DNA of 64,000 bases from contig CM075987.1 of assembly GCA_038087875.1 (NCBI GenBank), forward strand, positions 16,866,001 through 16,930,000. The letters run 5' to 3'. The first letter of the stretch is position 1, and every line of letters starts with the position of its first letter. Source of the stretch: Malacoraja senta (Eukaryota). Position numbers and translations under genes: made by a program. The notes beneath the pieces were generated by a model. It saw only the letters and a program-made list of their open reading frames with translations. It did no database searches and was not told the origin of the DNA. Below are positions 11,892 through 24,680 of this stretch, piece after piece.

Positions 11892-12593
11892 TCCACATCC
11901 ACACTATTGATGCTGATTGGGGTATGTTCTCCACCATGCCTCCTGACATTAAGGGAGAGGTTATCGTCCTGACACCATATTACTAAATTCTCTATCGCCT
12001 TCCTGTACTCTGTCTCATCATTGATAGTAATCTGGCTTCAGTTGGAGTTTTCAAGAGGGAGTTAGATTTAGCGCTTAAGGCTAAAGGAATCAAGGGATAT
12101 GGGGAAATAGCAGGAACGGGTTACTGATTTTAGATGATCAGGCATGATCATATTGAATGGCGGTGCTGACTCTGGGCTGGATGGCCTATTTTCTCTGTTT
12201 CTACCACAGTGGTGTCATCTGCAATCTTGCACATGGAGTTGCAGCCAACTTTGGCCGCACAGCCGTGAGTAGAGCAGGGGACTGAGAACGTATCCTTGTT
12301 GAAAATTCATGTTCATATTTACTGTGGAGGAGGTGTTGTCATCTATCTTTACTGATAGTGGTCTGTGGGTCAGACAGTCACCAACCTGGTGGCAGAGTGG
12401 GGGAGTTGCTGAGTCATAGGACCAGGTCGTTGGGAGATAAATTTGGATAGGATTATGGTGTTGACGGCAGGGATTACACATCTGACTATGAAAAACTTGC
12501 AACACTGAACATGCATTGATTGTGGATGTAGATTTTTTGTGACCTTGAGGTTGTTTGTTACTCCTTGCATTTTCATGTCCTTGCATTTCACAG

Positions 12594-12686
12594 CTGAAAA
12601 GTATGAACCTAAAACTCAAAAACCAACTGCTGTTATTGAGAATAATTTCATCTATCCTAAAGTAAGACCCACCAGTCCAGGATATG
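12594..12686 (+). CDS. Probable ADAM exon after the EGF domain (Pro/Thr-rich extension), symmetric phase 1-1
   Basis: Long polypyrimidine tract plus cAG acceptor and a perfect G|GTAAGT donor. 93 nt, open in the frame required by the EGF exon: (A)EKYEPKTQKPTAVIENNFIYPKVRPTSPGY. Sits in a non-repetitive island. Confidence 0.75.
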
Positions 12687-13015
12687 GTAAGTGAATTCTA
12701 TATGCTCCTTTCATTATCAGTAAGGAGGGTGAGGGAAGACCTGAAACAAGAGTATATAAAGTTATTGTTCATAAAGGCAAGAGATTGGATCCTGTTGACA
12801 TTCAAAGGGACCTGCATAACATTGGACTCAAGTAAATGAAAACTAACAATGTGGTGTGTTGGCCTTTATTGCAAGATGATCTGAATATAAAAGTGAAGAT
12901 GTCCCACTGCAATTATATAGGGTGAGGCTACACCTGGAATAAATGTACCGTTTTGATCTAAACCAAAATGATAGAAGGAATGCAGCAAAGATTCACCAGG
13001 CTGGTTGATAGAGTT

Positions 13016-13219
13016 TGTTTAGGAAGGAACTGCAGATGCTGGAAAATTGAAGTTAGACAAAAATGCTGGGGAAACTCAGCGGGTGAGGCAGCATCAATGG
13101 AGCGAAGGAAATAGGCAACGTTTTGGGTCGAAGAAGGGTTTCGACCCGAAACGTTGCCTATTTCCTTCGCTCCATAGATGCTGCCTCACCCGCTGAGTTT
13201 CTCCAGCATTTTTGTCTAC
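13016..13219. mobile_element. Penelope-like palindromic insertion with 15-bp TSD
   Basis: Near-perfect inverted arms span 13054-13218. TSD ctggttgatagagtt (13001-13015) and ctggttcatagagtt (13220-13234). Confidence 0.8.
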
Positions 13220-13779
13220 CTGGTTCATAGAGTTGTAGAGTTACCCAGCATGGAATTAGTTTCTTCAGACCAACTCGTCTGTGTTGATTAAGTGCCTTCC
13301 CCAGTTTGTCCCAATTGAACCATATCTTCCTAAACCTTTTCTATCCATGAAGCTGCCAAATGTCTGTTAAATATTTTAACTGTACCCACCTCTCCCACTT
13401 CCTCTGGCAGCTCAATCCCTCTGTAAGTAGAACCCTTTAAACCTTCCCCTTTAACCCTAAACCAATAGCCTCTAGCTTGAGATTTCCCTCCCCCGTGAAA
13501 GGTACCATGGCTATGTGCATGATATTAGAAACCTCCAACAAGAACGGCCCTCGCCTATCCAGTCTCTCCTTATATCTCAGATCCGACAATATCCTTGTGA
13601 AACTAATCTGCACTCTCTATAGCTTAATCACATCCTATAGCATTGTGACCAGTGCTGTACATAATACTCCGTGTGAATTCTGACCAACATCTTGTTTGGG
13701 GGAGGAGCGGGTGGAGGGCAGGATCCAATACTGAGTAAGGCAGGTGAGAGGCTGGGAAGTTGGTATGGAAGATAATGAA

Positions 13780-15370
13780 ATAAAGTTCATTGGACAGGAT
13801 AGGCAGGAACACAGCAGAGAGCGAGACAGGACACTTGGATTGAATTGCATTTATTTTAATACCAGAGGTCTGACAGGTAAAGCAGATAAATTCAGGATGT
13901 GGATAGGCACGTATGACTGGGATATTGTAGCCATTGCGGAAGGACTGAACTGGCAGCTTCATGTTCCAGGGTATACGTATTACAAGTGAGATAGAGTTGG
14001 GGATAAAAGAGGAGGGGGTGTTGCTTTATTGATTAAGGAGCATATCACGGCAGTAGTCCAACTGGTGAAGTGAGAAATAAATGGGATCACATTGTTGGGA
14101 GGGTATTATAATTAGAAGAACAAATATGCCAGGATATTACATGCAGCTGCAAGACCAATAAGGTTGTCATAGTAGGTGATTTTAACTTCCCCCCAAAAAG
14201 ACTGGGACTGTCTTAGTGCCAAGTATTTAGCTGGGGTTGGAACTTGTCAAATGTGTGCAGGAAAGTTTCCTCCTGAAGACAATATGTAGAGGGCCCTACA
14301 AGGGAGAGAGCAAAGCTTGATCTCTTAAAAAATCGGAAATAATAAGTTTCTGTAATCGAGCCTTATGGAACCAGCAACCTTTAAGCTAAAGTTCCGTTAG
14401 CATTAAGATAGTTATGGATAAAGACAGGGCAGGCCCACAAATTAAAATTCTGCATTGGGGAACAGCGCCAACTTTGATGGTATTGGTCATAGAGTCTTAC
14501 AGCATGGAAACAGGCCCTTCGGCCGAACTTGCCCACACCGGCCAACTCTAAATCTAAACTCGAAATGCGACCTCACCAATGTCTTATACAACTGCAACAT
14601 GACCTCCCAATTTCTGTACTCAATTTTCTGATTGATGAAGGCCAAAGTGATGAAAACCCAAACATCTCCAAGTTTGCGGATGACACAAAGCTGGGTGGCA
14701 GTGTGAGTTGCAATGAGGATGCTATGAGGCTGCAGGGTGACTTGGATAGGTTGGGTGAGTGGGCAGATGCATGGCAGATGCAGTATATTGCGGATAAATG
14801 TGAGGTTATCCACTTTAGTGGCAAGAACTGGAAGGCAGATTATTATCTGAATGGTGTCAGATTAGGAAAAGGGGAGGTGCAATGTGACCTGGGTGTGCTT
14901 GTACATCAGTCATTGAAAGTAAGCATTCAGGTACAGTTGAAGGTAGACAGGGCCCTAGTGAGACTGCACCTGGAGTTGTACAGGGCCCTGGTGAGACTGC
15001 ACCTGGAGTATTGTGTGCAGTTTTGGTCTCCTAATTTGAGGAAGGACATAATTGTTATTGAGGTAGTGCAGCGTAGATTCACCAGGTTAATTCCAGGGAT
15101 GGCGGGACCTACATATTATGAAAGAATGGGTCAACTGGGCTTGTATTTACTGGAATTTGTGAATCTGTGGAATTCTCTGCCACAGAAGGCAGTGGAGGTC
15201 AATTCACTGGATGTTTTCAAGAGATAGTTAGATTTAGCTCTTGGGACTAACGAAATCAAGGGATATGGAGAAAAAGTAGGAATGGGGTACTGATTTTGGA
15301 TGGTCAGCCATGATCATATTGAATGGCGGTGCTGGCTCAAATGGCCTACTCCTGCACCTATTTTCTATGT
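13780..15370 (+). mobile_element. CR1 endonuclease fragment followed by a CR1 RT C-terminal/3' fragment
   Basis: LNCIYFNTRGL..YDWDIVAIAE (APE domain). ORF 14529-15227 has ISKFADDTKLGG and [10 protein letters not shown]. Confidence 0.85.
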
Positions 15371-16709
15371 TGCTGTGACCACGCTATCTACCTGAGGTGC
15401 CACTTTCATCGACGGTGTACCTGCACTCCTCGATCCCTCTGCTCTGCAACATCCCCAGAGCTCTTCCATTCACTGTGTAGGTTGTGCCCATGTTATTGCT
15501 CCCAAAATGCAACACCTTTCTGATTCACCTCACATTTCTCTGTATTAAATTCCATCAACCATTCCTCACCTCACCTGGCAACAACCCACTAGACAGGAAC
15601 TTGCTCAAGTTGATTTGAGTAGGTTGTTTGTGGGCAAAAGAACGACCAGAAAATGGGATGGTTTTAAAAGTGTGATGACAAGAGGTCAGAGTTAAAGTGA
15701 AGGGCAAGGAAGGTGGGAGTAAGGAAGCCTCAATGACAAGAGAAATTAAGACTCTAGTCAGGATAAAAAGAAGGCATGGGACAGATGTAGGCAGCTGAGA
15801 TCAAGTATATCCCCGGAGGAGTTTAGGAACTGAGGAGCATACTTAACAAGGAAATAAGGAAGGCAAAAAGGGCGGCACAGTAACGCAGCGGAAGACTTGC
15901 TGCCTTACAGCGCCAGGGATCCGGGTTCTGACTAAGGGTGCTGTGTTTACGGAGTTTGTACTTCTCCCTGTGACCTCCCTTGTCAGTGTCCGCAGAATGA
16001 AATGATCCTGCACCTTCCGAATTATCGCCTGATATCGGTCTCTCTGGTCGAGCCTCTGCGCCAGGATTCGAGTCCCAGACCTGTCCGCCGCTTAGACTGG
16101 AAATGTCATAGGACATAATTGGTCATAAGTGATAGGCGTGGAATTAGGCCATTCGGCCCATCAAGTCCACTCTGCCATTCAATCATGGCTGATCCATCGC
16201 TCCCTCCGAACCCCATTCTCCTGCCTTCACCCCATAAACTCTGACACCTGTATTATTCAAGAATCTATCTATCTGTGCCTTAAAAATATCCACTGCCTTG
16301 GCCTCCACAGCCGTCTGTGGCAAATAATTCTTGGCCTCCACAGCCTTCTGTGGAAAAGGATTCCACAGATTCATCACCCCCTGACTAAAGAAATTTCTCT
16401 GCATCTCCTTCCTAAAAGAACGTCCTTTAATTCTGAGACTATGACCTCTAGTCCTAGACTTTCCCACTAGTGGAAACATCTTCACCACATCCACTCTATC
16501 CAAGCCTTTCACTATTCTCTATGTTTCAATGAGGTCACCCCTCATTCTTCTAAACTCCAGCGAGTACAGGGAATACAAGCCCTCTTGAAATAAATGCTAA
16601 CATTGAGTTTGCTTTCATTACTACCGATTCGACTTGCAGATTAACTTTTTGGGAACCCTGCACCAGCACTCCGAAGTCCCTTTGCTCCACAGATTTCTGG
16701 ATTCCCTCC

Positions 16710-18058
16710 CCATTTGTAATAAGGTGGATGAATTGAATGTGCAGTTAGTAGTTAAGGAATATGATATAGTTGGAATTACGGAGACATATCTCCAGGGTGA
16801 CCAAGTCTGGGAGCTAAACATGCAGGGGTATTCGATATTCAGGAAGGATAGACAGAAGGAAGAGGAGGTGGGGTGGCATTGCTGGTTAAAGAGGAGATGA
16901 ATGCAATAACAAGGAGAGACATTAGCTTGGATGCTGTAGAATCGTATGGGTAGAACTGCCAAATAGCCAAGGGCAGAAAACGGTTGTTGGAGTTGTATAC
17001 AGACCACTAAACAGCAGTAGGGAGGTTGGGGATAGCATCAAGCAGGAAATTAAGGATGCATGTAGCAAAGGTACAGCAGTTGTCATGGGTGACTTTAATC
17101 TACATATAGATTGGCCCAACCAAATTGGTAACAGCGCTGAGGAGGAGGATTCCAGGAAATGTATACGGGATGGGTTTTTAAACCAATATGTAGAGGAACC
17201 GACTAGAGGACAGGCCATCCTAGACTGGGTATTGTGTAATGAGGAAGGATTGGTTAGCGATCTTGTTGTGCAAAGCCCCTTGGGCAACAGTGACCATAAT
17301 ATGGTGGACTTCTGCATTAGAATGGAGAGTGACATGGTTAATTCAGAGACGAGGGTCCTGAGCTTAAAGAAAGACTTTGAAGGTATGAGACGGGAATTGG
17401 CTATGATAGACTGCCAAATTATACTTGACGGTGGAGATGCAATGGCAAAGATTTAAAGATCGCAAGGATCAAAAAATTGTTCATCCCTGTGTGGCGAAAA
17501 AATAAAACTGGGAAGGCGGCTCAACCGTGGCTAACGAGAGAAATCGAGGATAGCGTTAAATCCAAGGAAGAGGCATATAAATTGGCCAGAAGAAGTAGCA
17601 AACCAGAGGACTGGGAGAAATTTAGAACTCAACAGATGAGGACAATGGGGTTAATTAAGAGGGGGGAAATAGAGCATGAAAGAAAGCTAGCGGCGAATAT
17701 AAAAACTGACTGTAAAAGCTTCTTTAGATTTGTAAAAAGGAAAAGATTAGTGAAAACAAATGTAGATCCTTTATAGTCAGAAAAAGGTGAATTTATAATG
17801 GGAAACAAGGAAATGGAACAGTTAAACGAGTACTTTGTTTCTGTCTTCACAAAGGAAGACACAAACAATCTCCCAGAAATACTAGGGGACCGAGGATCTA
17901 GTGGGAGGGAGGAGCTGAAGGGAATCCACATTATTCAGAAAATGGTGTTAGGTAAACTGTTGAGACTGAAGGCAGATAAATCCCCAGGGTCTGATGGTCT
18001 GCATCCCAGAGTACTCAAGGGGGTGGCCCTAGAAATCGTGGATGCATTGGTGATTTTT
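16710..18058 (+). mobile_element. CR1 ORF2 5' half (APE endonuclease and linker), frameshifted
   Basis: YDIVGITET, MGDFN, PLGNSDHNMV and KSPGSDGLHPRVLK. Confidence 0.9.
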
Positions 18059-19489
18059 CTATCCTGGAAAAAAGGTTCTGACAGACTACCATTTCTATGC
18101 CTCTCATAACTTTACATACTTGTATCAGGTCTCCTTGCAACTTCCGCTGTTCCAGAAATACCACACTAAGTCTTGCCAACCTCTCCTTACAGCTAATTCC
18201 CACCTATCCAGGCATTATTCTAATAACCCTGCTCTGCACCCTTACCAGAGGCTTCATTGGCGATCAGATCTGCACACAATACTTCAAATGCGACTTAACT
18301 AAATGTGACTTAACTAAAGTCGCTGTTTCATGATTTCCTGACATACTGATCAATGAAATCAAGCGTACCGCATTCCCTCTTTACCACTCTATCTACTTGT
18401 GTTGTCACTTTCAGGAGTTATAGACTTGGACCCCAAGATTCCTCTGTGCATCAATGCTGTTGAGGGTCATACCGTTAATTGTACATTTTTCCCTTACGTT
18501 TGACCTGCCGAAGTGCAACACCTCAGACTTGCTCGGATTAAACGCCACCTATTTCTGCAGCTGACCGATGTATACCTTGACTACTTTCCTCACAGTACAT
18601 GACCCCAGCAATCTTGCTGTTATCTGCAAACATACTAACCAACTTCCAAGTCGTTTATATATATCACAAACAGCAGAGGTCCCAGCACACATCCCTGCAA
18701 AACTCCACTGGTCACCGACCTACAGCCTGAAGATTCTCCTTCCACCACAGCCCTCTATCAGTAAGCCAGTTCTGAATCCATACGATCAAGTCTCTGTTAA
18801 TCCCGTATCCTGATTGTATTGATCAATAGTATTGTCAGGTTTGATTGGGTAGCATGCAAAACAAAGCTTTTTGCTGCACCTTAGTACACATGACACTAAA
18901 GCTAAACTTTTAAAGTTATGTTACAGTGCAAGTTGTTACACTTGAAATATTGAGTTCAGTTTTAGTCACCTTGCTATAGGGTGCCATTAAGCTGGGAAGA
19001 ATGCAGAGGAGATTTACAACGTTATTGCCAGGACTTGAGGGCCTGAGCTTCAGGGAGAGGCTGGGCAGGCTAGGACTGTCTTCCTTGGAGCACAGGAGGC
19101 TGAGGGATGATCTTAGAGAGGTGTATAAGATCATGAAGGGAATAGATAGGGTGAATGCAGAGTTTTTATCTGAGGTTGAGGAGAGGAGGGGAAAGGTAAC
19201 ATTTTCACACAGGGTAGTGGGTATATGGTATGAGCTGCCAGATGTGGTAGTTGAGCCAATGACAATATCTAAAAGAGATTTGGACAGGTACATAGATAGG
19301 AGCTACATGCGGGACAATTGGACTAATTTAAATGTGGCATTTTGGACAAGCTGGGCCGAAGGGCCTGTTTGCATGCTATATGACTCTAGCATAAATAATT
19401 TCTACTCACTTAGATGAGGGTAGTTCCAAAATCATGAAGAAATTCAACACCATCCAAGACGAATGACCCCTCTGCAGGCCACCCCGAAA

Positions 19490-21920
19490 GGCAAATTCCT
19501 CAATAGTGTTCAGGAGAGTTTTCTTAAACAGTATGTAGAGGCCCCCACACGTGAGAGGGCAATGCTGGATATAGTATTGGGAAATTGGGAAGGGCAAGTT
19601 AATGAAGTGTGTGTGGAGGAGCCTTTTGGGACAAGTGACCACAGTTCGATTAGGTTTCAGATCGTTATGGATCGGGACGGAGAGGGTCCACATGTTAAAA
19701 TGCTCAACTGGGGTAAGGCCAACTTTGAGGGTATGAGAGAAGGTCTCGCTCAAGTTGACTGGAGCAGGTTATTCGAGGGGAAAGGAACATTGGCCAAGTG
19801 GGATGTTTTTAAAAGTGTTCTGAAGAGAGCTCAGGATGTGTACGTCCCCGTTAGAGTGAAGTGCAAAGCAGGCAAATGTAAGGAAGCTTGGCTGACGAGG
19901 GATATAGAGGCATTGGTTAAGAATAAAAAGGATTGAAGGGACAGGTATAGGCAGCTGGGATCGTGCATCCCTGGAGGAGTTTTGGGAACTAAGGAGCAAA
20001 CTAAAAAAGGAGATCAGAAGAACAAAAAGGGGCCAGGAGATAGGTCTGGTGGGTAGCATAAAAGAAAATCTCAATAGATTTTATAAATACATAAGGGGGA
20101 AAAGGGTAACTAGAGAGAGAATGGGACCTCTCAGGACTCAAAGCGGTCACCTCTGTGTGGAGCCACAGGAGATGGGCAAGGTCCTCAATGGGTATATCTC
20201 CTCTGTATTTACCGAAGAGAAAGACAGTATGATGGAGGAAATTGGAGCAGTCACTGGAAGTCAAGTCAAGTCACTTTTAATTCTATAGCACATTTAAAAA
20301 ACAACTCTCGCTTTACATTGGTGGAGGTACTAACGTTATACAACAGTGGTTCATAGATTAAGTACATACATAAATACATACATATAGCCCTCCCTCAGAG
20401 GACGTCAAGAAAGGCTTGAGAGTAAAGATGAGTTTTAAGTCTCGACTTAAAAGAGTTGATGGAGGGGGCAGTTCTGATGGAGGGATGCTGCTCCACAGTC
20501 TAGGAGCTGCAACTGCAAAGGCGCAGTCGCCCCTGAGCTTATGCCTAGACCGCGGGATATTCAGTAACCTCAAGTCGGCCTATCTGAGGAACCTGGAGGT
20601 GGTGTGGTGGGTAAGCAGACTTTTGATGTAGATGGGGGCAAGCCCGTTAAGGGCTTTGTAGACATAAAGAAGGATCTTGAAATTTATTCGGAACCGCACA
20701 GGGAGCCAGTGGAGAGAGGCCAGAATCGGGGTGATGTGGTCCCTTTTTCGGGTGCCTGTCAGGAGTCTCGCTGCGGCGTTTTGGACCAGTTGCAGGCGGG
20801 ACAGGGAAGATTGGCTGATGCCAGTGTAAAGGGAGTTGCAGTAATCGAGGCAGGAGGAGATAAATGTGTGGATGATCTTTTCGAGGTCATCAAACTGGAG
20901 GAATTGTTTTATTTTAGCTATCGTCCGAAGCTGGAAGAAGCTAGCTTTTACCACGGCATTGACTTGTTTGTCAAATTTCAATGCTGAGTCAAATATTACG
21001 CCAAGGTTTTTGACGTGAGGTTTGAGTAGTGGGGTAAGGCTTCCAAGGCTGCCTGCTATCATTTTGATTGAGTCCGAGGGGCCGAGAAGGATGACCTCAG
21101 ACTTACTCTCGTTTAGTTGGAGGAAGTTCTGGGCCATCCAACACTTTATATCCTCGATGCAGTGGATAAGGTTAAGTAGATTTCATCGGTTTTGGGCTTC
21201 AGGGGGAGATAGAGTTGTGTATCGTCTGCATAGCAATGGAAGGAAATGCCGTGCCTTTGAAAGACTTGGCCTAAGGGGAGCATATACAAGGAGAAGAGAA
21301 TGGGGCCAAGAATGGAACCTTGTGGAACCCCACAGCAGAGGCTAGCTGGGGAGGAGAAAGAGTTGCCTATGTTAGTAGAGAATCTCCTACCTTTGAGGCA
21401 GGAGATGAACCAGCTCAGGGCAGTGCCATCAATACCAACCCCGTATCGGAGACGGTCAATTAGGATGGTGTGGTCGGCAGTATCAAATGCGGCTCTGAGG
21501 TCGAGAAGGAGCAGGATTGCACAGTCGCCGGAGTCAACGGTGAGAAGTAGGTCATTATGTACCTTCAACAAGCAGACTCTGTGCTGTGGTGGGCCCTGCA
21601 GGAAGTGTCATGAGAGCAGTCAGGGTTACTGTCGAGGAAGTACTGAAGGTACTGTCGTGTATGAAGGTGGACAAATCTCCAGGGCCTGATCAGATATATC
21701 CGAGGACATTGCGGGAAACTAGAGAGGAAATTGCGGGAGCCCTGGTTGAAATTTATGAGTCATCCTTAAATACAGGTGCCAAAGGATTGGAGGGTGGCAA
21801 ATGTGCCTCTTTTCAAGAAGGGCTGCAGGGAAAGTGCTGGGAACTAGCCGGCGAGCTTAACATCTGTAGTTGGAAAGTCATTAGAGAATATACTGAGGGA
21901 TAGGATATACAGGCATTGGG
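19490..21920 (+). mobile_element. CR1 ORF2 fragment split by the L2 insertion
   Basis: ORFs 19463-19936 and 20049-20288 (..EEIGAVTGS) resume at 21601 ([22 protein letters not shown]). Confidence 0.9.
20262..21600 (-). mobile_element. L2 LINE, 5'-truncated, with TSD
   Basis: RT motifs [38 protein letters not shown] and LHWLPV. (GACTT)n tail. TSD ggaagt at 20256-20261 and 21601-21606. Confidence 0.93.
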
Positions 21921-21999
21921 ACATTGTTGGCCGGTGTGGGCAAGTTGGGCCGAAGGGCCTGTTTCCACACTGTATTAATCTATGACTCTAGGCTGCGGT

Positions 22000-22892
22000 T
22001 GTGCATTATCTTCAAATTATACTCGGCATCTTGCAAACTTTTCCCACGCATTTCTGCAGACGTTCTTAGAAACGTTCTTTCTTCCAACATTAGGTTATTT
22101 GGTGATCATGCTGCGCTCCATTCCATGGTCAACTCTCGAGCAAATGAAGCAGCCCGTGGCTGCATGCAGCAAGACCTAGACAGGCACAGTGGAATATCAC
22201 TGCATATCGCCTTCCCTTCTACACACACCATCCTGGAAATGTGACTTCATAATTGCTGTTACTTGATCAGCACTGGGTCTATATCCTGGAACTCACTCAG
22301 CAGCAGAAGGTTAGCAGGAGCAGTTGAAGAATATAGTTCACCCCACCTTTATAGACAAAAGACAATAGGTGCAGGAGTAGGCCATTTGGCCCTTTGAGCC
22401 AGCACCGCCATTCAATGTGATCATGGCTGATCATCCACAATCAGTAACCCGTTCCTGCCTTCTCCCCATATCCCCTGACTGCTATTTTTAAGAGCCCTAT
22501 CTAGCTCTCTCTTGAAAGCATCCAGAGAACCTGCCTCCACCGCCCACTGAGGCAGAGAATTCCACAGACTCACCACTCTCTGTGAGAAAAAGTGTTTCCT
22601 CGTGGCTTACTCCTTATTCTTAAACTGTGGCCCCTGATTCTGGACTCCCCCAACATCGGGAACATGTTTCCTGCCTCTAGCGTGTCCAAGCCCTTAACAA
22701 TCTTATATGTTTCAATGAGATCCCCTCTCATCCTTCTAAACTCCAGAGTGTACAAGCCCAGCTACTCCATTCTCTCAGCATATGACAGTCCCGCCATCCC
22801 GGGAATTAACCTTTGCAAGAGTAAATGGGGATGGGCAATAAATGCTGCCCTTGGAAACACCTTCTAAATCCTGAAAATGAATAATAAAATAA
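22000..22892 (+). mobile_element. Old CR1-group LINE 3' remnant interrupted by a young minus-strand CR1 3' piece (about 22350-22812)
   Basis: Tail gggatgggcaataaatgctg...tgaaaatgaataataaaataaa. The inner piece has the RRMRGDLIETYKI motif. Confidence 0.65.
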
Positions 22893-23445
22893 AGCCTGCA
22901 ATCATGACCAATCACAAGGTGGGAGAAGTGGGTGCAGTTACAATGTTTACATGGATAAGAAAGGTTTAGAGGGATAAAGACCAAAGCGGACAGATAAAGG
23001 TAGCTGAGGAAGATAGCTCAGTCGGCAATGCGAGTTGTGCCGATGGGCATGTTTCTATGCTGCATGAATCATTTGTACGCCAGCTGTAATTTCCTCCTCC
23101 AAATCAAGCACCATCATGGCCTGTGAAGTATTGGTATAGAAGTACTGCATAGAAGCCCCAGGACAGTAAGGCAACTCAATATTACCCTCTCAAGAGGAAA
23201 GGCTATTAAATTCTTCTCTCGTGAATGATACCTGTATCTATTTCTAGGAAATACAGCACCTTGTGTACCACGTACATTTGAGCAATGCCATTCCAGCATA
23301 AATGTGGACGTAATTAATTGCATTAAAATGTCATACAATCTGTGCCTGCTCCATCTGCATATTGTCAGTCAGATGGGTGTAGAATCTGTAGTTTGTCAAT
23401 AAGTGTTAGTGTAGTAATGTTTCAGGTGTTACTATTTCACTGCAG

Positions 23446-23505
23446 GTTTTAGAACCGGCACGACTACACCACAAATTTCGATAAAAGGCATGCATGAAGA
23501 ATCGG
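23446..23505 (+). CDS. Probable ADAM exon (Thr-rich), symmetric phase 1-1
   Basis: Acceptor actatttcactgcAG and donor G|GTaagg. 60 nt, open in frame: (G)FRTGTTTPQISIKGMHEES. Lies in a 1.4 kb non-repeat island. Confidence 0.65.
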
Positions 23506-24680
23506 GTAAGGAAACGCACCATAAAAACAGTTTCATAATTTCCAGGGAATTTCGATTTACAGTTTCCCATTGATCTGAGGGACGTTTTTGGCAGCAACAT
23601 TTCTAAAAAGTAACCATGATCTATTGTAATTAATTTCTGGTTGTTCAGATATCACTTTTCAAACCTTGAGTATTGAACGACACATTTCAAGATGCAAGCT
23701 CGGTGGATCCTGTGCTCATTACCTACACTGTTGTGTGCATCTGGAAGTCTTGCAATAAACCAGCTGCTGAAACAGGCAGTGTCCATCCCAGTGTGGAAAT
23801 GTTCCCAAACATAGCAATTCTTCATCAAGATGGCTGTTCATTTCAGTTTATGCTTCCAATGTTCGCAGAATGATGCTGATAATAGGACATTCTGACTTCT
23901 GTTTGTAGTTGCTATTGCACGTCACTTTTTCAATGCAGTGGGATGGAAGTTGAACCATACTCCAAGTACCCAGCTAATTTTGTGGCTTTATTTTTTGAAT
24001 GTTGCAAATGCTGGGTGGGCATATTTGGTTGTTAATGGTGGTAGGTGTTTCTGTTGTTGAAATAATTTCAGAGTTCTCTGTGTTAACCCTCAGTACTAAT
24101 GCCAGATGTTAGCCAGGCTTGTCATTTAGTGTAACAAAAGTATAAATAAGAAATCTGGAAAATATTCAGCATAAAAGCCAGGGTGTCAGGAGAGATAACA
24201 AATTAATATGTAGGGAAATTGACCCAACATCAGTCTGACAGCTCATCATTGTGAACCTCGTTGATCTTTAAGGGGCTCTATTTTCTCTCCAAAACTCTTT
24301 CCCCATTAATATACATAGACTCTCTTTGTATTATCTTCTATCTTATCTAGCAAAGATATCATATGCCTCTTTTTGTCCTCCTTTTGTGTACTCTTGCACC
24401 CTCCATACTACTCGAGGAGGATATTGAAAGCTGAACAGGTAAGAGGTTTAACTGGTAAGAAGGAAAATGTCAGGGCATGGGTTGGCATAGGAGACTGGGA
24501 TATTCTAGCCATATCAGAAACATGGCTGAGAGAAGGACTGGCAGCACAGTGCCCCAGGGTACAGATGGGTAGAGGTGCAGGTAAGAGGATGATGCCGGGT
24601 GGGGGAGGCTTCTTGATGAGGGAAAACATTACAACATTGCTTAGGGAATGATCAAATGTGGCTCTTTGGAGAGAAAATTG

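Noticed and set aside
14945..15010. 33-bp tandem duplication (similar one at about 16297-16363)
   Set aside because: Local slippage inside dead CR1 copies. There is no array or spacer structure, so it is not CRISPR-like.
15980..16115. Unassigned CpG-containing segment with B-box-like ggattcgagtcc
   Set aside because: No A-box spacing, cloverleaf or splice-compatible frame could be supported.
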